A DNA stretch of 64,000 nt from the NCBI RefSeq assembly GCF_009914755.1, contig NC_060926.1; one strand, written 5' to 3'. Below are positions 48,881 to 64,000 of this stretch, piece after piece. Numbering within the stretch: the first letter of the stretch is position 1; each line of letters opens with the position of its first letter. The translations under genes and the position numbers were made by a program. Under the pieces are notes generated by a model that worked only from the letters and a program-made list of their open reading frames with translations, searched no databases and had not been told where the DNA came from. This DNA comes from the human T2T-CHM13v2.0 reference genome, Homo sapiens.

Positions 48881-49764
48881 GCTTTCTCTTTATTATATTT
48901 TGTTCAGTTTATGGGGGCCTCCAAAAAATTATTTATTTGAGGCAGGGTCTCACTCTGTCACCCAGGCTTGAGTGCAGTGGCACAATCATGGCTCACTGCA
49001 GCCGTGGCATCCTGAGCTCAAGTGATCCTCCCACCTCAGCCTCTGAAGTAGCTGGGACCACAGGCATGCGCTACCATGTTCAGCCAATTTTCAAAACATT
49101 TTTTGTAGAGATGGCGGTCTCACTATGTTGCCCAGGCTGGTCTCGAACTCTTGGGCTCAAGTGATCCTCCTCGTTAGCCTCTTAAAGTGGTGGGATTACA
49201 GGTGTGAGCCACCATGCCCAGCCAGGGCCTGCAAATTAAACTGACAAAAGACAGATTAACGGAACAGAAAATCAGCATGGGCATATAAGAACTCAACAAC
49301 ACCATCGACTAATAGGGTCTAATTAAACTTTTTATAGGACACTCCCAAAAAAGGCTTATTTGCATGGATGCTGGAGCTAGCAAAATAAGTAGCTAGCCTA
49401 CTAAATGGTTAGAGGTTTATGTCTGGGCGCAGTGGTTGATACCTGTAATCCCAGCATTTTGAAAGGCTGAGGCAGGAGGATTTCTTGAGCCCAGGAGTTC
49501 AAGACCCGACTGGGCAACGTAATGAGACCAAAAAATGAAACAGAACAAAACAACAATAACGAAAACCACACAAGAAAAGAAAGAAACAAAAAACCAGTTA
49601 GTGGCTTGTGTGCCTAACTCTAGGTAAAACGGAGAGGTGACGAAAGTTTGTATGAGAACAAATAGGATTCTTTAGGACAGACGAATGGGTTTTGGGAGAA
49701 CAAACACGAGATAAGAAAGGGTTTTTTATTTTTTTTGAGACGGAGTCTGTTGCCCAGGCTATAG

Positions 49765-49947
<183 letters not shown>

Positions 49948-50200
49948 TGATCTGCCCGCCTTGGCCTCCCAAAGTGTTGGGATTACAGGTGTGAGCCACT
50001 GCGCCCGGCCGATAGTTTTTTAAAAATGTAGGTGCTAGTGGTCTTACTGTCTTCTTCATGGACATGAAATTATTCTCATATAATGAGAATTAAATATGAT
50101 CCTTCATGTAAAGAGTTTAGAATAATGTCAGAAACAAAGCAAGCAATAAATTATCATTTAGTTGATAAGAATCATTCCAATTCATCTGGCGAGTGCAACA

Positions 50201-50341
50201 CACACACACACTGTATTTGTGTATGGAATAACTGTTCAAGAACACACACACAGTATGTGTGTATGAAATAACTCTTCAAGAACAAAGGGGAAACCGTTAT
50301 AGGGCATGAAAGGGGAAACCGTTATAGGGCATGGAAGGGGA
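50201..50341. repeat. Two adjacent tandem duplications (40-bp unit x2; 25-bp unit x2.3)
   Basis: 50201-50240 vs 50241-50280 match at 35/40; 50284-50308 and 50309-50333 are identical. Confidence 0.9.
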
Positions 50342-50679
50342 ATTAGGACAAGGTGTGAGTGGAAAGAGAAACATCCCACCGCACACGCTTAAAAAAGCCG
50401 TTTAATTTAAAAATAGGTAATACAGCCATACAGAGAAGACATTAAAAGATCTACACAGAAAATTTTCGCTCCCAATCCATTCCCTACTCACAGTCCTACA
50501 TACGTTACTTTTATTTTCCTTTTTTTTGGAAATGCACTGGCCCCCTACTCTCTCACGAAGGCTGAACTCTCTCTACATTCTTCTGCACCTGTTTTTTGTG
50601 CATACTCTTTCGTTGTCAAATATTTCCCTCCAACTGTTGTTGTGTATGAAATAAATACACACATATAAGCTAACCAGCC

Positions 50680-51300
50680 CCACTTGCCCGCACCACCTAC
50701 ACGCCCGTCCCCGCCCTCCCTCAGGCCCACGTGCTCCGAGGGCCGCCTTCGCAGGTTGTTTCTGGCGATGCCTGTCTGAAGGCCTCAGACTGAGGCCCCG
50801 CCCACTCTCCCTCTCCTCTGCCCTTTGGACGCGCGCCTCGGTTCCGAACGCAGCGGACGGCGCCTCAGGCAGCGCGGCGGACAGCCCGTCCTCCGGCGCG
50901 CCGCGAGCCTCGGAGGACCCTAGCGACGGTCGTGGCGTAAGACCGGGGGGACGCGGCGGTAGCGGCGGCCGTTGCGATTGATTGCGCTGGTTGCCTGCGG
51001 CGTCCACTTCCTTGGCCGCCCTTGCTACACTGGCTGATTGTTGTGCAGCCGGCGCCATGTCTGTGAGCGAGATCTTCGTGGAGCTGCAGGGCTTTTTGGC
51101 TGCCGAGCAGGACATCCGAGAGGCGAGCCCCCTCCCTTCCCCATTCCCTTTGCCTTTCCATGCCTAGTTGGGCCACTTCGCCCGGCCCTCCTCTGTCGCT
51201 CAGTCTCGGGCGGTGGGGACGCCTCCGAGGGTGGGTTGCTTCCCCTCTAGCTTTAGGTTAGGCACTCCCCGCCCCCGCCCAAAATTTTGCTGCTCTGTCC
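50680..51300 (+). promoter_or_regulatory. TSN: TSN CpG-island promoter and 5' UTR
   Basis: CpG-dense; CCGCCC GC boxes; E-box CACGTG at 50728-50733; ETS CACTTCC at 51005-51011. Confidence 0.85.
51057..51122 (+). CDS. TSN: Translin coding exon 1 (MSVSEIFVELQGFLAAEQDIRE)
   Basis: GCCATG start; 66 nt; non-canonical donor GAG|GCGAGC. The six exons join into 687 nt (228 aa). Confidence 0.96.
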
Positions 51301-51962
51301 TGATTCCCCGTGTTCGAGTCTCAGCTTCTCAGCATCACTTGCCTCGTTTGTGTCAGTTTTCCTTCTTTTCAGCACTTGTTTATATCGAAGGCTCGATTAG
51401 CACCTGGTCTTCAGCGAATGAGCGTTTCGTGTATTTTTGTTGGTGTCTTAAAAGCACATGTGATCTGCTTAAAACTCTCCTGTGATTTCCTATGCCACAC
51501 AGGATAAAAAATCAGACTCTACTGTGGCTCACATGGTTTCTCTTCAATCTCGTTTATGCTCTCTGTCTTTGTGTATGATGTTCACTTTACCTCTTCTAGT
51601 GCCCCAAATAGCTTCCTGCCTGTTTGCTTTTCCTGGAATTTGCTTCTTTCCCGTTCTTTTCCTGATTGTCTCGTATTTATCTCATTGGCGTCACAGTCTA
51701 AGCGATCTATTTCCTGTTATGTTTTCTAGTAGCACATTAACTTTTTTTAATGTGTGTAATATTGATTATTTTAAAAAAATCTTCTCCCTCATTGTATGTT
51801 AAACCGCCAGAGGGAAGGGATTGTGTGCTTGGTTCCCCGGTATTTACACAGTGCCTCGCACATAAGTATGCTCAGTGAATATTTTAAAAATGAATTAGAG
51901 GCGGGGAGCGGCGCCTCATGCCTGTAATTCCAGCATTTTGGGAGGCCGAGGCGGCCAGATCA

Positions 51963-52310
<348 letters not shown>

Positions 52311-52516
52311 TTAATGGGTGGCTATTATTCTTTAAAGGGTATCTGAGGAATCTAAGGCTTTTTAGTGACTTTTTGAAGTCTTACAGAGGAAATAAGTGGA
52401 AAAGTCAGGATTCAAACTTGGTTATGATAGATCACATAAGCTATCTAATGTGTTTTGTGTGAGTGTATGACAATGATTCTGTTGAGTATCTGATTTTTAT
52501 TTTTAATTCTCTCTAG

Positions 52517-52610
52517 GAAATCAGAAAAGTTGTACAGAGTTTAGAACAAACAGCTCGAGAGATTTTAACTCTACTGCAAGGGGTCCATCAGGGTGCTGGG
52601 TTTCAGGACA
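52517..52610 (+). CDS. TSN: Translin coding exon 2 (EIRKVVQSLEQTARE...GFQD)
   Basis: Acceptor CTCTAG|GAA, donor ACA|GTAAGT; 94 nt. Confidence 0.97.
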
Positions 52611-52936
52611 GTAAGTTCTTTGTTTTGTATCCAATTATCAGTCTCTTATTTAGAGGGAGAGTTTCTATCCAGAAGACATTTTATAATGAAAAATGGCTAT
52701 CATGCTTTATGGTGAGTAAAAATTGAAGAAGTAGGTGATTTGATAATTTTGGTTGATTTTTCTTCCACTTCCACACAGTATGGTTTAAACAGAGATGTTT
52801 TCTATTGCGAGGGCATTCTACTGATGATAATTACAATTGCTTAACCCATTTCCTGTTTAGAAAAAAAAAGTGCAGCTCTCTGCCAGCACAGTATTCTCAG
52901 GGTAAGCGGGAAAATGGTTTATTATTATTTTTTTAA

Positions 52937-53179
<243 letters not shown>

Positions 53180-53292
53180 TGATCCGCCTGGCTGGGCCTC
53201 TCAAAGTGCTGGGATTACAGGCGTGAGCCACTGCACCTGGCCCAAGGGTTTGTAACTCTTTTGTGTTATCTAGTGACTTTTATTTGGCCCTT

Positions 53293-53342
53293 TGTGTGTG
53301 TGTGTGTGTATGTGTGTATGTGTGTATATGCACCTGTGTGTA
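53293..53342. repeat. Interrupted (TG)n microsatellite in TSN intron 2
   Basis: Read directly. Confidence 0.9.
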
Positions 53343-53986
53343 TTTGAATCCAGCCTTTCAGTGATTGAATACCTTTTAATATGAGATTAACAGTATAAAA
53401 TGTTCTCAAATTAATGTGTTTATAATCAGCCTCTTGAATGAAAATAAAATATGTCAAGTTTAGACATGGAACCTTCATTGTAAGGTATTGCCAGCACAGC
53501 TAAAGGAGCTGAAGTATATTTTCAGATACAAGAATGATATAATAATGCATTTACACGTGCCAGAGGCAAGTGATTTTTCTTAATGATACGGAGTTGGTCA
53601 TCCTGATTGTGAATACTTGGTAAAGGCTTTTTTCTGCCAAATATGGGAGGAAGAAGCAATCCAATTTTAGGCATCCTCTGAGGAGTGAACAGGAATAGCA
53701 GCTGGTGTGCATCTCCTTAAGGATGACGTTATTTATGACAACCAAACCAATTACCAGTGTGTCTCCTAATATATTCCCTTTTAGCAAGTTGTTTATTTTT
53801 CAGTATAGCTAATTAGTAGGGAAACTGGGGATGATATTTTGAAAGCCAGGTTGAAAAGCACAGATGTGTACGTTAGTTGTGAGGTTTTTTTGTTGATTAA
53901 TTTCCAGATAGATTACTTAGATTATTAAGCAAGAACTGTATTTGAAATTTGGTTAAGTTTTTCATTTGGTTATCTTTTGTGACTAG

Positions 53987-54083
53987 TTCCAAAGAGGTGT
54001 TTGAAAGCTCGAGAACATTTTGGTACAGTAAAAACACATCTAACATCTTTGAAGACCAAATTTCCTGCTGAACAGTATTACAG
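53987..54083 (+). CDS. TSN: Translin coding exon 3 (PKRCLKAREHF...EQYY)
   Basis: Acceptor ACTAG|TTC, donor CAG|GTTTGT; 97 nt. Confidence 0.96.
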
Positions 54084-54676
54084 GTTTGTAAGAAAAATAG
54101 CATTATTTTATAATGTTAAGTAAAAAAAAGGAGAAAAATTATGTGTACCAAATGATTGCTTACAACTAGGCAAACATCCTGTGTAGAAGTAACAAAAAGA
54201 GAAAAAACCGAACTAATAATGGTCATGACAAAAATTGGTGATTTTATTTTTTTCTTCTTTTTACTGTCTAAATCTTAAGGAACATGTATTACTTTTGCAG
54301 TGAAAAAGCAATTAAAAAGAAAATGTGGTATGAGGGTCAAAAGTGAGAATATCTTTTTGCTATATTCAAGTTTCTTGTGAAATTGGATGAACTATAGTTA
54401 GTGAAATAATGAGATTAGGTGGCAGTATATATATGGAGTCGAGTTTTACTTTGAAGCTTGAATTTCACTGCCAAGTGATGTAATTAGCTAATATTTTATG
54501 CCATGTTTTCTTATTAAAATCAACACTGTTGATTTTAAGATACACCATTATTTTATGTACCAGTAGGGAAGGAAAATTTTGCCAGTCATAAATGTGAAAC
54601 ATGGGCCAGGCGTGGTGGCTCACACCTGTAATCCTAGCACTTTGGGAGGCCTAGGTGGGCAGATCACCTGAGGTCA

Positions 54677-54982
<306 letters not shown>

Positions 54983-55099
54983 TTATTTTAATTTTCTTAC
55001 TGAAAAAGATGTTCTTTTAAGACGTATATATCAGCAGTAAATAGGATGAGTATTTTCAGGGGGTGGGTAGTATAACCTTATGAGAATATTCTTTTAAGG

Positions 55100-55277
55100 G
55101 AGAGGTTGACAAACCACTAGTGGCTGCTGCCTCTGGGAGCTAAGAATTGCTTTTGTTTTTTCAAGAGTTGTTAAAAAAAAGAAAATCCCAGATAAGAATA
55201 TGTAACAGTGAAAGCGTCCCACAAAGCCTAAAATATTTACTACTTGGCCCTTTACAGAAAACATTTGCTGATCCTTG
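55100..55277 (+). mobile_element. MER58-type hAT element (TSN intron 3)
   Basis: CCCACAAAGCCTAAAATATTTACTACTTGGCCCTTTACAGAAAA...TTTGCTGATCCTTG terminus. Confidence 0.7.
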
Positions 55278-55285
55278 CTGTAAGG

Positions 55286-55659
55286 CAGGGGTTCCCAACC
55301 CCCAGGCCATGGACTGGTACTGGTCTGTGGCCTGTTAGGAACTGGGATGCACAGAAGGAGGTGAGCGGTAGGTGAGCGAGTGAAGCTTCATCTGTATTTA
55401 CAGCCGCTTCCCATCACTTGCAGTACTGCCTGAGCTCCACCTCCTGTCAGATTGGTGGCAGCATTCGATTCTCATAGTAGTGCGAACCCTATTGTGGACT
55501 GTGCATGCGAGGGATCTAGGTTGCATGCTCCTTATGAGAATCTAATACCTGATGATCTGAAGTGGAACAGTTTCATCCTGAAACCATCCGCCCCCCTTCT
55601 GTGGAAAAATTGTCTTCCATGAAACCAGTCCCTGGTGTTGAAAAGGTCAGGGACTGCTG
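55286..55659 (+). mobile_element. MER1B-like hAT-Charlie element (TSN intron 3)
   Basis: Termini CAGGGGTTCCCAACC...GGTCAGGGACTGCTG; typical internal text. Confidence 0.85.
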
Positions 55660-56685
55660 TTGTAATAGCTGAAGCACAGAGAGAGGTAGGACAGTAGAAC
55701 AGGTGGGGTCTTTAGAGACCATCTTCTCTGGAGGTCACACACAGGCTGCCCTCTGGCTGGATTTGGCCTTCAGAAGGGTTTGTGTGACCTGCATTATGTT
55801 GAGACCTTTTTTTTGAATGTATTGCCACATTTGAGAATCAGGAGGCATTGCATAAATATCCACAGGTTGTAAAATTTCCTTTTTTCAGGCTTCTAGCTCA
55901 GTATTCTATTTTAAGTGCATTTGTTTAGTGATTGCAAATGGTAATTTTGTGAATCAGAATTTTCTTGGTATTCTGCACTCAAATCAAAATGGAGGAATAC
56001 GTTGAGGATGATACATAACTGCAGTTGTCTTCAATCATCAGTTACAAATTTTTATTTTTTTCAGAGCAGTATCACTGTTCTTACTGATTAAATTTAGAAG
56101 GCACAATTGCTCTTGTCATCTGTAATCTTCAGTTTTCTTTTTTCTGTCTTTTTTTTTTTTTTTTTGAGACGGAGTGTCGCTCTGTCGTTCAGGGTGGAGT
56201 GCAGTGGTGTGATCTTGCGCACTGCAACCTCTGCCTCCCAGGTTCAAGCAGTTCTCCTGCCTCAGCCTCCCGAGTAGCTGGGACTATGGGCGCCTGCCAC
56301 CACGCCTGGCTAATTTTTGTATTTTTAGTAGAGAGGGGGTTTTGCCATGTTGGCCAGGCTGGTCTTGAACTCCTTACCTCAGATTGATCAACCTGCCTCT
56401 GCTTCTCAAAGTGCTGGGATTACAGGCGTGAGCCATCGCACCCGGCGTAAATTTTCATACTCATCAAAATTAGACCATATTTGTCACTGATTAAACTTAA
56501 TTGTTATAAATTCGAACTTGTAAAATTAATGCTAAATGTCATATTTCTCTTTATATATTGGGGGTTTGTGTAAGATTTTATTTGAAAAATGATCGCATTT
56601 CTAAACCGTTTGAACATGGCTGTATTAAACCCATCTTTCTGAAGGTCCCTAACCTTGGAGGCTAAATGTGCTTATTTTCATGCAG

Positions 56686-56801
56686 ATTTCATGAGCACTG
56701 GAGGTTTGTGTTGCAGCGCTTGGTCTTCTTGGCAGCATTTGTTGTGTATTTGGAAACAGAAACACTAGTGACTCGAGAAGCAGTTACAGAAATTCTTGGC
56801 A
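56686..56801 (+). CDS. TSN: Translin coding exon 4 (FHEHWRFVLQRLVF...EILG)
   Basis: Acceptor TGCAG|ATT, donor GCA|GTAAGT; 116 nt. Confidence 0.97.
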
Positions 56802-56917
56802 GTAAGTGTCTTTATTAGTGGGATCTGCAGAATCAGGCATGGTTGCTTACTTTTTGGTGGAAAGGGTGGTTGTACTTTGTTTATTAAAACAAACAAGAAT
56901 TAACTAAAAACCACTTA

Positions 56918-57755
<838 letters not shown>

Positions 57756-58281
57756 ACCTGGAAATGTAAAAGCTAAAAATAACAATGGCAAACACATTTG
57801 CACTTGCTTTAGTTTTTAAAATTGAATTTTTAAAAATTTCAAGCCTACAGAAAAATTGAAAGAATAGTACAATGAATACCTGTTTACATGCCACTTAGAT
57901 TTACCACTTGTTAACATTTTGCTACATCTGCTTAATCTTCTCATTTTGTGTGTGTCTTTGTCAGCCATTTGAAAGTTGCAAATATCGTAACTCCTTTCTG
58001 AAATGCTTTATCATGTGCTTTCTAACAAGAAGTATATTCTGTGACACAACTAGATACTGTTTTTGATAGTATTTTTGAGGGAAGACTGAATTGAATTTTG
58101 CTTAAGAACTCAAAAAATCCATAGTGAGGTCTAGTTGCCAAGGTTGTGAATATATTAAAAAGCCAGTTTTTAAAAGATTCATCCTTTCTTCACTTACTTT
58201 GGGAGAAATTATGTGTATATTTTTATATTCTGAGGCTTAACTTGCATTCACAGCATGACTTTATTTTCATGTGTTTTTTAG

Positions 58282-58361
58282 TTGAGCCAGATCGGGAGAA
58301 AGGATTTCATCTGGATGTAGAAGATTATCTCTCAGGAGTTCTAATTCTTGCCAGTGAACTG
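58282..58361 (+). CDS. TSN: Translin coding exon 5 ([26 protein letters not shown])
   Basis: Acceptor TTTTAG|TTG, donor CTG|GTAAGC; 80 nt. Confidence 0.97.
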
Positions 58362-60410
58362 GTAAGCTCAGTAACTTGCTGGTTGCTTTTTTGATCTTTC
58401 TGCTTCACTGTCAGTTTTTTTTTTTTTTTTTTTTTTTGAGACAGAGTCCCGCTCTGTCGCCTAGGCTGGAGTGCAGTGGCGCAATCTCGGCTCACTGCAA
58501 GCTCCGCCTCCCGAGTTCATGCCATTCTCCTGCCTCAGCCTCCTGAGTAGCTGGGACTACAGGCGCCCGCCACCACACCCGGCTAATTTTTTTTTGTATT
58601 TTTAGTAGAGACGGGGTTTCACCGTGTTAGCCAGGATGGTCTCGATCTCCTGACCTCGTGATCCGCCCACCTTGGCCTCCCAGAGTGCTGGGATTATAGG
58701 CGTGAGCCACTGTGCCTGGCCCACTGTCTGTTTTTAAAATGGGTACCAAAATTCAGAACGTCTTAATTCTTTTCTAAGCCATCTCTCGGTCACCAGGTAG
58801 TCACTGACTGGCACTGTATGTGTTACAATTTACTAGGCATCAGAGAAAAGCCAGATCAAATGATGAGTGCATACTTACTGAGTTAAGAATTTTTAACCGA
58901 TGATAAGACCTCTTCCTTTTAGGGTAGTGGCAAAACATTTATTCCTGGTAACTGTTAATCCATGTAATTGTTTTGGACACTCATTTGTCTATATAACTAA
59001 GTTATTCTTATCCTTTATTCCTTTAACCACTATCTAGGGAAATTGCCCTGTAAAAGTCTAAAGAAAAAAAAAGCTGTCAGTAGCAAAATTGAGTAGTTGT
59101 GATAGAGACTGTGCCAGTCTGCAGAGGTGAAAATATTTACTATCTGGCTCGTTAAGAAAAAGTTTGCTTGTCCTTGCTCCAGAGGAAAGCAGTCCAGGGC
59201 TGGTCTGATGATTCCTTGATCTTTGGCCCTAGGTTCTTCTAGCTTCAGCTTCTTTCTTATGTTCCAGAACTGTTGCTCTAGTCACATCTTCACTCTAGCC
59301 AGCAGTAGGAGGAAATAGGGAAAATGGTATGCCCTCCCGCTTTAAGGACATTTCTTTGAAGTTGTACACACAACTTCTGTTAACATTCTGGTGCCTTGCC
59401 TGCAGGGAGGCAGAAATGGAGTCTATTGGAGTGGGTATGTGTGCATTGAAAACCTGAGGAAGATGGTGAGAATGGATGATGGGGTCCACTTGTAGGCTGT
59501 ACCACTTGTCTGGCTTGTTGGAGACACCTGACCAGTAAACAGGAAGCATCTTGTTAGTATTAGTTAAGTGTAAGGTGTCTTTAGGACCATACATGTTGGG
59601 GCCGGGCACAGTCGCTTACGCTTGTAATGCTGGCAGTTTTGGAGACCAAGGTGGGAGGATCCCTTGAGGCCAGGAGTTCCACACCAGCCTAAGCAACAAA
59701 GCAAGACCCCTTCTCTATATTAAAAACAAACAAACAAACAAAAAACCCGTATGTTGACAGTGCACTAAAGGGGTAAGCCTGGAAAAGTGGAGAGGATTTT
59801 ACAGAAAGGGGAATCTTTTTTATTATTTTAATATATTTTTTAAAGCCAGTCAAATGGAGCAGTAGGGGGTTGTATACTGACACCGAGAAGGGGAGTCTTG
59901 GGTTGGGTCTTGAAATCAATGTTAGTTCTCCTTCAAGACAGGGTTACACTAACATAATTTTAGATTCTTATCCCAAGTCTGCCTTACTTGATTCTAGGTG
60001 ACTGGAGTTGCAGCTTAGTAGGTGGGCTCTAGAAATGTGATCATTTGGCCAAGGTTGGAAGAGGTAGTGGAGCTGCTGTGATTATTTTGTCGTTTCTTTC
60101 TTCGATATGATAGCAGATGAGCTGTAAAGATGCTTGTGTAATGTAACACTTTATTATGCAATAGCCAGTTTAAGAAATTAGAGAAATTTTAGATGTTAGT
60201 AATGTTAAATTTTACTTGGCAGAACTGGTCTCATTTTCAGTGGGATTCTTTTCAGAGAAGCTCCTGTCTTGTCTGTACTTGTGTGTACCCTGAGATAGAA
60301 GATCAGCGTGGCTGTCTAGGCTTGCGGTTCTTCTGGTTGTGATTCAGAGGAAGATGCGCTGAGAAGGAGCCATGTTGTAACAAGCCCCTGTTTTCTCTTT
60401 CCTGGTACAG

Positions 60411-60644
60411 TCGAGGCTGTCTGTCAACAGCGTGACTGCTGGAGACTACTCCCGACCCCTCCACATCTCCACCTTCATCAATGAGCTGGATTCCGGTTTT
60501 CGCCTTCTCAACCTGAAAAATGACTCCCTGAGGAAGCGCTACGACGGATTGAAATATGACGTGAAGAAAGTAGAGGAAGTGGTCTATGATCTCTCCATCC
60601 GGGGCTTTAATAAGGAGACGGCAGCAGCTTGTGTTGAAAAATAG
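60411..60644 (+). CDS. TSN: Translin last coding exon (SRLSVNSVTAGDY...AAACVEK*)
   Basis: Acceptor TACAG|TCG; TAG at 60642-60644; 234 nt. Confidence 0.97.
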   Translation, partial: SRLSVNSVTAGDYSRPLHISTFINELDSGFRLLNLKNDSLRKRYDGLKYDVKKVEEVVYDLSIRGFNKETAAACVEK

Positions 60645-63145
<2,501 letters not shown>

Positions 63146-64000
63146 TTCAGATAGAGCATCACAGTCAGGGCTGACACCAAAATAAGACTTTCCCTGAGCC
63201 TGAAATAATTTTTTTTTTTTTTTAAGTATCTACTGTAATAAGCATCAAACAAGCAGAAATAAACAATGTCCCTTCCCCTGGACAACAACAACAGCAATAA
63301 CAAACATTTAAAGGCGGTAAAATTGCCAGGACTGGTGGGTTGGTTGAGTGGGCTGGGTGCGGGTAGTAGGACGAGATGGGACGGGACGGGGAGGAATCTA
63401 GCATCGCTGCCAGGTTTCTGGCTCAGGTTTGGTGCCATTCACTGAGGTGAGGAGTGTAGGAAGATCGCATGTCTGGAGGGGGCTGGGCAGCTGATGCATT
63501 TGCTTTTGGATGTGTTGGATTTATGACACTGGAGCGGCAGGTGGATAAATCAAAAGTGGGTAAGATCTCCCTGGAGAACGTGTAGAATGAGAAGAGTCAC
63601 AAGCTGGGGACAAATTCTTGGTTAACAGCATGGCTTAACAAGGTAGGCAGAGGAAATGGAGTCCATGAGGAAGTGGAGAAATGGTCAGAGAGGCTAACAG
63701 AATGGGAAGAGTGGCTTGTTTCAGAAGCCAGGGAATAAAGGGTCTTAAGTTTTGGGGTGAGGGATTTAAAATAATCTACAGCCTGGGAGCTCCATGACTA
63801 ATCTGTCAGGTTACGCTAGGTTATCCTGTGGGAACACCACCAGAGCTCATAGGCAAAGAACAAGGTTTCTCACTCACATTCCCTCTCCATTGCAGCTTAG
63901 CTGGGGATCTGTTCCACGTTGTCTTTATGTAGGGTGACAGAGCAGCCACTAACTGGACCATTGCTAGTTTTAGTGGGAGAGGGAGGGAGCTGTGGAGTGT

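Noticed and set aside
50201-50341. CRISPR-like or other repeat-spacer array
   Set aside because: Simple head-to-tail duplications without unique spacers, in mammalian DNA.
50573-51176. 180-aa and 103-aa minus-strand ORFs over the TSN promoter
   Set aside because: Antisense shadows in GC-rich sequence with no recognisable domain.

Overview
Primate genomic DNA, almost certainly human: both encoded proteins match the human sequences as I recall them, which places the window at the NIFK-TSN locus on 2q14. It holds two complete multi-exon genes in divergent orientation about 19 kb apart. NIFK (MKI67IP) is on the minus strand, with 7 coding exons, 32125->22999, 293 aa. TSN (translin) is on the plus strand, with 6 coding exons, 51057->60644, 228 aa and a long 3' UTR. 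Three minus-strand retrocopies are present: U13 snoRNA, NPM1 (from the minor B23.2 isoform) and a 3' fragment of RPS18. The rest is very Alu-dense, with L1 remnants of several ages, MaLR LTRs and DNA-transposon fossils, including a near-complete decayed hAT-Charlie transposase. I found no convincing novel biological system. The best leads are smaller: a perfect 42-bp inverted templated insertion inside an L1 3' end, the unusual structure of the NPM1 retrocopy, a GC-AG first intron in TSN, and two miR-34/449 8mer sites downstream of a proximal TSN poly(A) signal. Repeat subfamily calls and repeat boundaries were made by eye and are approximate.
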